A DNA stretch of 46,548 nt. Source: Bacteroidales bacterium. Lineage in GTDB: Bacteria; Bacteroidota; Bacteroidia; Bacteroidales; VadinHA17. The stretch covers positions 1 to 46,548 of the forward strand of contig DATKUS010000184.1 in assembly GCA_035530535.1 (NCBI GenBank). Reading direction: 5' to 3'. Positions within the stretch are counted from its first letter, which is position 1. Each line of letters begins with the position of its first letter. The notes under the pieces are model-generated. The model was given only the letters and a program-made list of their open reading frames with translations, made no database searches and was not told the origin of the DNA. Positions 1 to 9,091 of the stretch are shown here, piece by piece. The translations under genes were made by a program, and so were the position numbers.

Positions 1-212
1 CTGAAAAAAACTGATAATCACCATATTCAGGTAATTAAATAACCTGCCGGATTCCTGGCTCCATTCACCACAACAGGATTTGTCATTTTGAACTGTTCCT
101 TGATTGAGATGTTAATAATTCATCCATCAAACAATTAGTGCATTGATTATGCAGTTAATTACTTTTACGGCCAGATTTCGTAGACTATTCATCAAACTTA
201 CAGCCAAGAATT

Positions 213-844
213 ATGAAGCAATGGGATAAAGATCAAATCATCAGCCAGGAGGGAAAAGTTATCATCATAACCGGGGGAGGAAGTGGCATTGGCCTCGAGG
301 CTGCTGAAGCACTTGCTTCAAAAGGAGCAGAGGTGATAATTGCCGTTAGGAATACCGAAAAGGGGAACAGAGCGGCAGTCAGGATCAAAACAGCTTATTC
401 TGAAGCAAAGATAAGCGTCATGCATATCGATCTGGGTGACCTGAGCAGTGTAAGACAATTTGTGGATCAATTTAAAAACCGGTACAACCGTCTCAGCATT
501 TTAATAAACTATGCGGGCGTAATGGTGCCACCTTACCGTAAGACAATAGATGGTCATGAACTTCAGCATCGTCTTAATTGTAATGGTGCAGGAACAAAAA
601 GTGTGGCATGCCACCCTGGAATTTCGAATACTAACCTTGTTTCAAGAGGATCAGGCAAGGAAGCCGGATGGGTTCTCAAACAGGCGATGAAGATGGTGGC
701 ACAACCGGCGAGGAGTCTGTTATTTTCAAGGCAGACATAGCCACAAAACTCTGGGATCTCTCTGAAAAGCTTACAGGGGTAAAGGTCCCTCACTCAAATT
801 CTGACTGTTACGCGGAAAGTACAGAGACTAAGCTGTTGAGCTAA
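213..844 (+). pseudogene. Degraded short-chain dehydrogenase/reductase (SDR) gene
   Basis: ORF 213-740 opens with a classical SDR Rossmann motif (VIIITGGGSGIGLE) and LINYAGV (NNAG-like). It then runs from ...TIDGHELQ straight into ...KSVACHPGISNTNL, so the ~90-100 aa that normally carry the catalytic Ser and YxxxK are missing. The usual SDR C-terminal tail (ADIATKLWDLSEKLTGVKV) is readable only in a different frame (731-844). Confidence 0.6.
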
Positions 845-982
845 AGAAATAAAATACCTTGAAAGCATGGGAAACACAGACAAACAGTGGAAAAATATCT
901 ACCTGGCAGGCTGTCTGACGCTTTCCGGTTAGTATTGTATAGTAAATCAAAACTTTTTCCATTCCTTTGTGTTTTAGTATTA

Positions 983-1402
983 ATGAAAAGAACAGCTTCA
1001 ATATTACTGGTCCTCGTAATCCTGCTTGCAGGATTTCAGGCTGTGATCTCCACGCATTTCTGCGGTGGAGTGATTGCTGACACTAAAGTTTCACTGGCAG
1101 GCCATCTGGCCACCTGCGGGATGGAGGGTAATGAAAGGACCTGCCCTGTATCAGGAAGCAATCTTAAAAGCCATTGCTGTGAGGATCAGATTAATATTGC
1201 AGGTGTTGTAAATGTTTTTACAATGCCGTTTTCCGGAGCAGAGAACAATTTTAAAGATTTTTCAAACGTCTCCTCTGTGCCGATAAACGGTTTTTCTCTT
1301 TTATCTGTCTCATCCACAACATCGTTCACAAATTTCTACCCGCCTGGAGGCTATCAGACCAGCTCTGTCAGCCTTGAGCAAATTTGTGTTTTCCGTATTT
1401 GA
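983..1402 (+). CDS. Small membrane-anchored Cys-rich protein (HYC_CC_PP-like)
   Basis: Track ORF 887-1402. The first ATG followed by a signal/anchor helix is at 983 (MKRTASILLVLVILLAGFQAV). It has ordered motifs H-F-C (THFCGG), CC (SHCCED) and PP (FYPPGG). From memory this pattern matches a Bacteroidota small-protein family named HYC_CC_PP that sits beside metal-efflux operons. Confidence 0.6.
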   Translation: MKRTASILLVLVILLAGFQAVISTHFCGGVIADTKVSLAGHLATCGMEGNERTCPVSGSNLKSHCCEDQINIAGVVNVFTMPFSGAENNFKDFSNVSSVPINGFSLLSVSSTTSFTNFYPPGGYQTSSVSLEQICVFRI

Positions 1403-1499
1403 ATTTTTACGACTTAATATCCATATCAATTGGCTATCAATCACCATTTGATCTGTTCTGTTTATTTATATTATTTAATAATCGTAAATCTTCAATAAA

Positions 1500-1862
1500 A
1501 TGAAAAATTCAAAAATATTTTTTACACTAATATTTGTTTTGGGAATAGCTTTGAATGCAACTGCCCAGACTATTGATCATTCAAAAATGATTGCCCTGAA
1601 AACCGAATCGTTTAAGGTGTGGGGTAATTGCGACATGTGTAAGGACAGGATTGAGAGTACTGTAAAGGTAGCCGGTGCTACAGCAGCAGATTGGGACTCA
1701 AAAACAAAGTTGCTTTCAGTAACCTTTGATCCAGCCAAAACCAGTACGGATTCACTGAGTAAAAAAATTGCTGCAGTGGGACATGATACTGACAAGTTCA
1801 AAGCTCCTGATGATGTTTATGCCAAACTCCCGGGATGCTGCCATTATGAAAGAAAGAAATAA
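1500..1862 (+). CDS. Secreted HMA-like heavy-metal-binding protein (GNCxMC variant, C-terminal CC)
   Basis: Has a signal peptide (MKNSKIFFTLIFVLGIALNATAQ), the motif WGNCDMCKDRIE in place of the HMA GMxCxxC, and a C-terminal PGCCHYERKK. It is a clear paralogue of the C-terminal domain of the adaptor at 7300-8874. Confidence 0.75.
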   Translation: MKNSKIFFTLIFVLGIALNATAQTIDHSKMIALKTESFKVWGNCDMCKDRIESTVKVAGATAADWDSKTKLLSVTFDPAKTSTDSLSKKIAAVGHDTDKFKAPDDVYAKLPGCCHYERKK

Positions 1863-1972
1863 GGTTCAGGCCGCCATTTAGCGGCAATCTTTTTCCGGCA
1901 GGCCGCCGGAAATGAATCCTCATTTACGGTGGCCTTTCTTAAATTTCTGTGTATTCTAAGAACTAAAATATC

Positions 1973-4900
1973 ATGTTTAACCGACTCGTAAAGTATTTCC
2001 TTGAAAACCGGTTGATAACCTTCCTATTTCTCATCACATTTGTTGTAATGGGACTGGTTACCATGCCATTTCCGCTTAAGGCGAGGTTTCTTCCGCGTGA
2101 TCCGGTGCCTGTGGATGCAATCCCTGACATCGGGGAAAACCAGCAGATAGTGGCAACAGAATGGATGGGCCGTTCCCCGAAAGATATCCAGGACCAGGTT
2201 ACCTATCCGCTTACAACTGCCCTGTCAGGTATTCCCGGCGTTCAGACCATCAGGAGCACTTCAATGTTCGGAATGTCATTCATTTACATCATCTTCAAGG
2301 ACAATGTTGAGTTCTACTGGAGCCGTTCCAGGATACTCGAAAAACTCAGCTCTCTACCTCCGGGCACTTTGCCGGAGGGTGTGCAACCTACCCTGGGGCC
2401 GGATGCTACCGCTCTCGGACAGATCTACTGGTACACTCTTGAAGGCCGCGATCCGGCAACAGGAAAACCCAACGGTGGATGGGATCCGCAGGAGCTTAAG
2501 ACAATACAGGATTTTTATGTAAAGTACAGCCTTTCTGCAGCTGAAGGGGTTTCAGAGGTGGCATCTGTCGGCGGATTCATTAAAGAATACCAGGTTGATA
2601 TTAATCCCGATGCTCTTAAGGCTTTCAGCGTGTCCGTCATGGATGTCATGAATGCAGTACAGAAGAGCAACCTCGATATCGGGGCCGAAACCATCGAACT
2701 TAATAATGTAGAATATATCATCCGGGGTCTTGGTTATGTAAAAAGTCTGGATGACGTTGAATTATCTGTTGTTGCCGTCCGCAATAATGTGCCTGTTCGT
2801 ATCAAGGATGTTGCCCAGGTTAATTTTGGACCTGCTCCCCGTCGCGGAGGCCTTGATAAAGACGGAGCAGAAGCCGTCGGAGCAGTTGTTGTTGCACGTT
2901 ACGGCTCAAACCCGATGGAGGTAATAAACAATGTAAAAGAAAAAATCAGGGAAATTGAATCAGGTCTGCCGCAAAAAACCTTACCCGACGGGACTGTTTC
3001 CAAAGTTACAGTGGTACCCTTTTATGACAGAACGGGACTGATCAAAGAAACTATAGGCACACTTGAATCCGCTCTTTCTCATGAGATTTTGATCAGCATC
3101 ATTGTGATTATTGTCCTGGTACTTAATCTCCGTGCTTCACTTATCGTCGCTGGATTATTACCGATAGGCGTTTTAATGACGTTTATACTTATGCGTTTTT
3201 TCGGTATTGACGCCAACATAGTTGCATTATCCGGTATTGCTATAGCCATCGGTGTAATGGTTGATATTGGTATAGTGGATGTGGAGAATATTCTCCGGCA
3301 CCTTGAAATGCCTGAGAACAATGGAATCCGCGGCAAAAAGCTGACGCAGGTGATCTATCAGGCCACAACAGAGGTCCGCGCTGCAGTAGTGACTTCCATA
3401 GCGACCACCATTGTAAGCTTCCTTCCTGTATTTGCAATGCAGGCCCAGGAAGGAAAGCTCTTTCATCCGCTGGCATGGACCAAGACATTTGCACTTCTTT
3501 CTGCATTCATATTGGGTATAGTTGTATTGCCCACCCTTGTTCATATTTTCTTTAATATCCGTTTCGACAGAAAAAAAATCAGGAAGATTTGGAACGGTGC
3601 ACTGGTATTGGCCGGTATTTTCTTTGCGGTTATATGGCACACCTGGCCTGTCCTTGCTTTGACAGCCCTTGGTATAAACAACCTTCTTGACAACAGATGG
3701 CCGGAGAAGCGCAGGGAATTTCCAAACTACATTAATATTGCGGTAACTGTTCTTGTTGCGGCCTGGTACCTGTCAGCCGAGTGGCTGCCACTTGGAGCCC
3801 ATAACAGCGAATTCGTCAACTTTCTCTTTGTGGCAGGGATAATATCAGTCATTCTCCTTGCATTAATGTCAATGGTGCATTATTACGAGAAGATACTCCG
3901 CTGGGCCCTGGCCAACAAATGGAAATTCCTGATGATCCCCGCTTTTACCCTGCTTTTTGGAGTTCTGGTATGGCAGGGTACAGAAGGGATCTTCGGCTTT
4001 ATTGCTACCGGCGCAGAGAAAGTGGGCTGGAAAAATTTTCGGCAGACAGGAGCATGGCAGAGTTCAGTACGGGCATTTCCCGGCACAGGGAAGGAATTCA
4101 TGCCTTCGCTCAATGAAGGATCCTTTCTGCTTATGCCCACAAGCATGCCGCATACCGGCATCGAAAAGAACCTTGATTATATTGAAACACTCGATAAGAG
4201 ACTGTCTGCCATACCCGAAGTGGAAGTTGCAGTTGGTAAATGGGGCCGTGTAAACTCTGCCCTTGACCCGGCCCCTGTGCAGATGTTTGAAAACACCATT
4301 AACTACCGATCTGAGTACATTCTTGATGAAAACGGCCATAGAATGAAGTTTAAAATTGACCGGAACGGTAACTTTATTTTACTTAATAATTCGATATACT
4401 GTCCTGATAAAGACCTGTTCAGGGCTATACCCTCAGACAGCCTGATTCAGGATAAAAAAGGAGAATATTTTCGTCAATGGCGGCCGCAGATCAAAAAACC
4501 CCAGGATATCTGGAATGAGATTGTCAAGGTGACCGATATTCCGGGACTAACATCTGCGCCAAAATTGCAGCCCATTGAGACTCGTCTTGTAATGCTGTCG
4601 ACAGGGATGCGTGCCCCGATGGGGCTGAAGGTGTACGGCCCTGATCTTAACTCAATAGAACAGGCAGGAATGTTGTTTGAGAAGGCTTTGAAGGAGGTGC
4701 CTTCAATTAAGAGCTCAGCTGTCTTTTATGACCGGGCTGTAGGCGCCCCATATCTCGAGATCAAACTTGACCGCGAGGCAATGGCACGCTACGGCATGAC
4801 AGTCAGCGATGTACAGGAGATATTGCAGGTGGCGATTGGAGGAATGACACTTTCTACGTCTGTGGAAGGCCGGGAACGATTCCCGCTGAGGGTAAGGTAT

Positions 4901-5845
4901 GCCCGCGAACTACGTGATAACCCTGAAGATCTGAAACGTATCCTGGTGCCTGCAATGAATGGGGTACAGATACCCCTGGGAGAAATTGCAGATATTGATT
5001 ACACACGCGGAGCACAGATGATAAGAAGTGAGAATACTTTTCTTGTTGGATATGTCATCTTTGATAAGACGGAGGGGAAGGCTGAAGTTGATGTTGTAGA
5101 GGAAGCAGGTAAAATTTTAAAAGAGAAAATTGACTCGGGTGAATTAACGCTGCCATACGGTGTAACTTACAAATTTGCAGGTAATTATGAGAACCAGTTG
5201 AGAGCAACAAAGAGGCTGTCAATAGTTGTTCCTGTCAGCTTGCTATTAATCTTGCTGTTGCTTTATTTCCAGTTCCGGACGATAACAGCTTCACTTATTC
5301 ACTTTTCAGGTGTTTTTGTCGCTTTTTCCGGCGGTTTCGTCATGCTGTGGCTGTATGGACAGGATTGGTTCATGAATTTCTCATTGGCCGGATTAAATCT
5401 GCGTGACATATTCCAGATGCATCCGATTAACCTTAGTGTTGCGGTGTGGGTGGGATTCATCGCACTATTCGGAATTGCCACAAACGATGGCGTAATAATG
5501 GGTACATACATTCACCAGGTCTTTCAGGAAAAGAACCCGGCAACAGTACATGATGTCAGGGAGGCCGTTGTGCTTGCCGGGAAAAAAAGAGTTCGACCTG
5601 CAATGATGACAACAGCTGTTGCAGTAATAGCATTGCTGCCGGTGCTTTCTTCAACGGGCAAAGGAGCTGATATAATGGTCCCAATGGCAATCCCGGCCTT
5701 TGGAGGGATGATAATACAGGTAATGACAATATTCGTAGTACCACTTTTGCAGGCAATATGGAGAGAAGGTATTGTAAGTCGTAAGATTCATACTGCTGCT
5801 CAAACTATTATTAATCCAACGGAAAATGAAAATGACGGTATATAA
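1973..5845 (+). CDS. CusA/CzcA-family heavy-metal efflux RND permease (expanded, 1290 aa)
   Basis: Has the RND layout: an N-terminal TM helix, large periplasmic loops and two TM bundles. HME-RND-like blocks include GENQQIVATEWMGRSPKDIQDQVTYPLT, GGFIKEYQVDINPDAL, ALSGIAIAIGVMVDIGIV and ATNDGVIMGTYI. It sits with TolC-like and adaptor genes. Confidence 0.9.
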   Translation: MFNRLVKYFLENRLITFLFLITFVVMGLVTMPFPLKARFLPRDPVPVDAIPDIGENQQIVATEWMGRSPKDIQDQVTYPLTTALSGIPGVQTIRSTSMFGMSFIYIIFKDNVEFYWSRSRILEKLSSLPPGTLPEGVQPTLGPDATALGQIYWYTLEGRDPATGKPNGGWDPQELKTIQDFYVKYSLSAAEGVSEVASVGGFIKEYQVDINPDALKAFSVSVMDVMNAVQKSNLDIGAETIELNNVEYIIRGLGYVKSLDDVELSVVAVRNNVPVRIKDVAQVNFGPAPRRGGLDKDGAEAVGAVVVARYGSNPMEVINNVKEKIREIESGLPQKTLPDGTVSKVTVVPFYDRTGLIKETIGTLESALSHEILISIIVIIVLVLNLRASLIVAGLLPIGVLMTFILMRFFGIDANIVALSGIAIAIGVMVDIGIVDVENILRHLEMPENNGIRGKKLTQVIYQATTEVRAAVVTSIATTIVSFLPVFAMQAQEGKLFHPLAWTKTFALLSAFILGIVVLPTLVHIFFNIRFDRKKIRKIWNGALVLAGIFFAVIWHTWPVLALTALGINNLLDNRWPEKRREFPNYINIAVTVLVAAWYLSAEWLPLGAHNSEFVNFLFVAGIISVILLALMSMVHYYEKILRWALANKWKFLMIPAFTLLFGVLVWQGTEGIFGFIATGAEKVGWKNFRQTGAWQSSVRAFPGTGKEFMPSLNEGSFLLMPTSMPHTGIEKNLDYIETLDKRLSAIPEVEVAVGKWGRVNSALDPAPVQMFENTINYRSEYILDENGHRMKFKIDRNGNFILLNNSIYCPDKDLFRAIPSDSLIQDKKGEYFRQWRPQIKKPQDIWNEIVKVTDIPGLTSAPKLQPIETRLVMLSTGMRAPMGLKVYGPDLNSIEQAGMLFEKALKEVPSIKSSAVFYDRAVGAPYLEIKLDREAMARYGMTVSDVQEILQVAIGGMTLSTSVEGRERFPLRVRYARELRDNPEDLKRILVPAMNGVQIPLGEIADIDYTRGAQMIRSENTFLVGYVIFDKTEGKAEVDVVEEAGKILKEKIDSGELTLPYGVTYKFAGNYENQLRATKRLSIVVPVSLLLILLLLYFQFRTITASLIHFSGVFVAFSGGFVMLWLYGQDWFMNFSLAGLNLRDIFQMHPINLSVAVWVGFIALFGIATNDGVIMGTYIHQVFQEKNPATVHDVREAVVLAGKKRVRPAMMTTAVAVIALLPVLSSTGKGADIMVPMAIPAFGGMIIQVMTIFVVPLLQAIWREGIVSRKIHTAAQTIINPTENENDGI

Positions 5846-7280
5846 TAAAATTCTTATCAGCTTTATTGCACTGGGTTGCTGGCAGGTCAGTTACAGTCAG
5901 CAATATCCTGATTCACTGATCAGCTACCTCGAAATTGCCGCAAAAAGCAATCCTGCGGTTCAGCAAAAGTTGAGCGAATATAGGGCAGCATTGCAAAAGA
6001 TACCGCAGGTGGGCTCTCTGTCAGACCCCGAGTTAAGTCTTGGACTCTTCCTGAAACCGATGGAGCTCGTCAACGGTAAGCAGCTTGCAGATATAAAGCT
6101 GATGCAGATGCTGCCCTGGTTCGGGGTTCTGAAATATGCAAAAGATGAAATGAGTTTTTTGGCAAATGCGAAATTTGAACTTCTCCGCGATGCCAGATTT
6201 CAGGTTTATTATGATGTGGAGCGTACCTGGTATGAACTGTATAAAGTCAGGAAGGAGATTAGTATTTCGGAAAAAAATATTGACATTCTTAAAGTAATTG
6301 AACGCCTTGCACTGGTGAGGTTTCAGACAGCTCCGCCCGGAGGCACTGGAACGCCGTCACAGGAGTCAGGCATATCTTCAACCTCTTCCTGGAATGGCAG
6401 TACCGGTTACTCATCAGGAATGCAAGGCATGGGAGGTACGCAGAGTAATTCAGTTTCATTACCGTCAGGTCAGGCTTCGTCTTCCATGGCGGCAGGCGCA
6501 ATGGGTTCTTCCTCAGGCGGCTCAGGTCTTGCGGACGTCTACAGGATCATGATCGAGAGCGGAGACCTTGAAAATGACCTGGCTTCACTTAAAAATGTGG
6601 AGCGGACGTTGGTTGCCCGGTTTAACAGTTATCTCAACAGGACACCTCTCTCGCAGGTTTTCACATTTGATGTCTTATCAGCTGATTCACCAGGTTTGGC
6701 ACTTATTGCAATACCCGACAGTATCACTGCACAAAATCCCATGCTGACAATGCTGCAATATGAAGAGCAGGCTTTGGAAGCGCGGAAGAATATGGTGATA
6801 AGAATGGGTTATCCTATGGTTGGTCTGGGAGTGAATTATTCGCTTATTGGCAGGAACAAAATGTCAGCTTCCTCAATGAACGGAATGGACATGATAATGC
6901 CCATGGTATCAGTAACATTGCCTGTCTACAGAAAGAAATACAGGGCCATGCAAACAGAAGCCGATTTGCTCAGAACAGCAGCATCAAAAAACTACCAGTC
7001 CATTGCCAACTCATTACAGACAGAGTATTACCAGGCAGTACAGATGTATGAAGATGCGCAGCGACGGGTCAAACTCTATGAAAGCCAGTACCAGCTGGCT
7101 TCCAGATCACTGGATCTGATAATGAAAAGTTTCTCAGCATCAACGTCAACATTGACAGATGTTCTGCGTGTGCAACAGCAGACACTGGATTATGAGCTAA
7201 AACAAGTAGAAGCTGTGGCTGATCTGAATACGGCTGTTGCATGGTTGAATCGATTGATGGCACATTCACAAACAGAGTAA
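5826..7280 (+). CDS. TolC-family outer membrane efflux protein
   Basis: Has a signal peptide (ISFIALGCWQVSYSQ) and the two-repeat helical/beta layout typical of outer-membrane factor (OMF) proteins. It overlaps the RND gene by 20 nt. It carries a Ser/Gly/Met-rich insert (6327-6527). Confidence 0.85.
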   Translation: MKMTVYNKILISFIALGCWQVSYSQQYPDSLISYLEIAAKSNPAVQQKLSEYRAALQKIPQVGSLSDPELSLGLFLKPMELVNGKQLADIKLMQMLPWFGVLKYAKDEMSFLANAKFELLRDARFQVYYDVERTWYELYKVRKEISISEKNIDILKVIERLALVRFQTAPPGGTGTPSQESGISSTSSWNGSTGYSSGMQGMGGTQSNSVSLPSGQASSSMAAGAMGSSSGGSGLADVYRIMIESGDLENDLASLKNVERTLVARFNSYLNRTPLSQVFTFDVLSADSPGLALIAIPDSITAQNPMLTMLQYEEQALEARKNMVIRMGYPMVGLGVNYSLIGRNKMSASSMNGMDMIMPMVSVTLPVYRKKYRAMQTEADLLRTAASKNYQSIANSLQTEYYQAVQMYEDAQRRVKLYESQYQLASRSLDLIMKSFSASTSTLTDVLRVQQQTLDYELKQVEAVADLNTAVAWLNRLMAHSQTE

Positions 7281-7299
7281 CTCTGAAAAATTCAAGAAA

Positions 7300-8874
7300 A
7301 TGAAAAAGATAAAAATATTTTCAAATAAATATCTGATATACAGTCTGATCCTGTTAACAGGTTTATTAATCGGGTGGGTCGTTTTCCATCCTTCACAAAA
7401 AAATGAAGAGAAACATGATCACTCCACCGAGGCAGTTCAGGCAACTGTCTGGACATGCGCCATGCACCCCCAGATAAGAATGTCAGAACCGGGTAAATGT
7501 CCGATTTGCGGCATGGATCTGATACCGCTTGCGCAGAGCGGCACCTCAGCAATCGATCCCGATGCCATCCATCTTAGTAAAGAAGCTGCCCAGCTGGCCA
7601 ATGTTCTTACAACGGTTGTCACCAAACAGAAGCCTGTGAAGGAGGTGCGTCTATACGGTAAAGTACAGGCAGATGAAAGGCTTATCCAGAGTCAGGTGGC
7701 CCATATTCCGGGACGTATAGAACGTCTCAGCGTTAACTTTACGGGTGAATCGGTTGTGAGAGGGCAGGTGCTTGCCGGCATTTATTCTCCGGAACTGATT
7801 ACCGCGCAGCAGGAACTGCTGGAAGCTGCAAAGACTAAACAGTTGCAGCCTGCAATCTATGATGCAGCAAAAGAGAAGCTGCGCCAGTGGAAGCTTACAG
7901 ATGAGTTGATTGAATCAATTGAGGCTTCGGGAACACCTCAGACAACTGTCGAAGTAGTATCGAATACCAGCGGTATAGTCACATCGCGTCTTGTAAACAC
8001 AGGCGATTATGTTTCGCAGGGCACCACACTATTCACTATTGCCGACCTTTCAAAGGTCTGGGTGTTATTTGATGCCTATGAGACTGATCTTCAGTATTTA
8101 AATAAAGGAGAGAAGATTTCGTTCACTCTGCAGGCACTGCCGGGTAAAGATTTTTCAGCGAATATTGTCTTTGTTGACCCTGTTATTGACCCGGTTACAC
8201 GAGTGGCAAAAGTAAGGGTTGAAACAGAAAATCAGTCAGGAAAACTAAAACCTGAAATGTTTGCATCCGGGATTGTCTCGTCGAACCTTGAGGAATACGG
8301 TAGCAGTATTATTATTCCGCGTTCAGCGGTTCTATGGACTGGAAAGCGCTCCCTTGTATATGTAAAACAGCAGGGGAGTGATGAACCGATTTTCAAGATG
8401 CGTGAAATTGGCCTGGGGCCATTGCTTGGTGAGAGTTATGTTGTCACTGACGGTTTGTCGGTAGGTGAGGAGATTGTTACCAGCGGGACCTTCAGTGTTG
8501 ATGCGGCAGCCCAGCTGGCAGGGAAAACCAGCATGATGAATCCTGAAGGAGGAATCACTTCAACAGGCCATGATCATGGGAATATGCAAAACATGCCGGG
8601 AGGTAGCAATCTGCAGCACGAAATGTTCACTGTATCAGGAAACTGCGATATGTGCAAGGAGAGAATTGAGTCCGCCGCTAAATCGGTCAGCGGAGTTACA
8701 TCGGCAACCTGGGATAAAGACACAAAAGAGGCTCACGTTGAATTTGACGGTACCGCCACTTTACTCATTACCATTCAAAAGGCAATTGCGGCTGCAGGCC
8801 ATGATAATGGCAAATACAGAGCTCCTGACGATGTTTATAACAGTCTTCCGGAATGCTGCCTCTATAGAAAATAA
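7300..8874 (+). CDS. Efflux RND periplasmic adaptor (CusB-like) with an N-terminal Cys/His metal motif and a C-terminal HMA-like domain
   Basis: Has an N-terminal anchor and WTCAMHPQIRMSEPGKCPICGMDLIP (7450-7527). The membrane-fusion core includes GRIERLSVNFTGESVVRGQVLAGIYSPEL and KVWVLFDAYETDL. The C-terminal SGNCDMCKERIE...PECCLYRK is paralogous to the protein at 1500-1862. Confidence 0.9.
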   Translation: MKKIKIFSNKYLIYSLILLTGLLIGWVVFHPSQKNEEKHDHSTEAVQATVWTCAMHPQIRMSEPGKCPICGMDLIPLAQSGTSAIDPDAIHLSKEAAQLANVLTTVVTKQKPVKEVRLYGKVQADERLIQSQVAHIPGRIERLSVNFTGESVVRGQVLAGIYSPELITAQQELLEAAKTKQLQPAIYDAAKEKLRQWKLTDELIESIEASGTPQTTVEVVSNTSGIVTSRLVNTGDYVSQGTTLFTIADLSKVWVLFDAYETDLQYLNKGEKISFTLQALPGKDFSANIVFVDPVIDPVTRVAKVRVETENQSGKLKPEMFASGIVSSNLEEYGSSIIIPRSAVLWTGKRSLVYVKQQGSDEPIFKMREIGLGPLLGESYVVTDGLSVGEEIVTSGTFSVDAAAQLAGKTSMMNPEGGITSTGHDHGNMQNMPGGSNLQHEMFTVSGNCDMCKERIESAAKSVSGVTSATWDKDTKEAHVEFDGTATLLITIQKAIAAAGHDNGKYRAPDDVYNSLPECCLYRK

Positions 8875-9091
8875 TCCTTTACATATTATTACCTTACCCC
8901 GTACTCTCCGTTTTACTACCTTTAGTGACCAATATTGTGCCCGACTCTGAAGATGCACGGGTAGCACAGGATAAAATTTATGAATGGGAAGACGAGTCCG
9001 GAATTTTATTATAGGCAAATAATTTTCGAATTGTATTTTTGGATCTCTTGCCGTATTATACCGGATTGATTTTTTCTTCAACTTTGTTATT

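Noticed and set aside
887-982. The upstream start at 887 given in the track for the HYC_CC_PP-like ORF.
   Set aside because: The 32 extra residues precede the obvious signal/anchor helix and begin at a non-ATG codon. The ATG at 983 gives a canonical N-terminus.
1870-1911. Two short overlapping hairpins (gccgc/gcggc and ttccggc/gccggaa) between the HMA-like gene and the RND gene, as a possible attenuator.
   Set aside because: The stems are only 5-7 bp, the T-run is shared, and no antiterminator logic could be established. They may simply be weak structure in an intra-operon spacer.
3227-3640. Many track ORFs lie antisense to, or out of frame within, large genes. Examples are 2304-2522, 3079-3640, 3883-4339, 13255-13614, 13880-14242, 18368-18819, 20173-20628, 20860-21229, 26510-27022, 28115-29603, 33263-33970, 34113-34859, 38775-39140, 42368-43250, 44173-44777 and 46245-46517.
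   Set aside because: Each is fully embedded in a longer ORF with strong family motifs on the other strand or frame. Their sequences are compositionally odd (Ser/Arg/Cys/Pro-rich shadows) and none carries a recognisable motif.
8875-9091. A possible c-di-AMP (ydaO-type) or other riboswitch upstream of trkH.
   Set aside because: I could not find the conserved pseudo-symmetric stems or sequence blocks by eye, only weak imperfect complementarity (gtgcccg ... cgggtagcac). An Infernal scan would be needed, and I make no claim.
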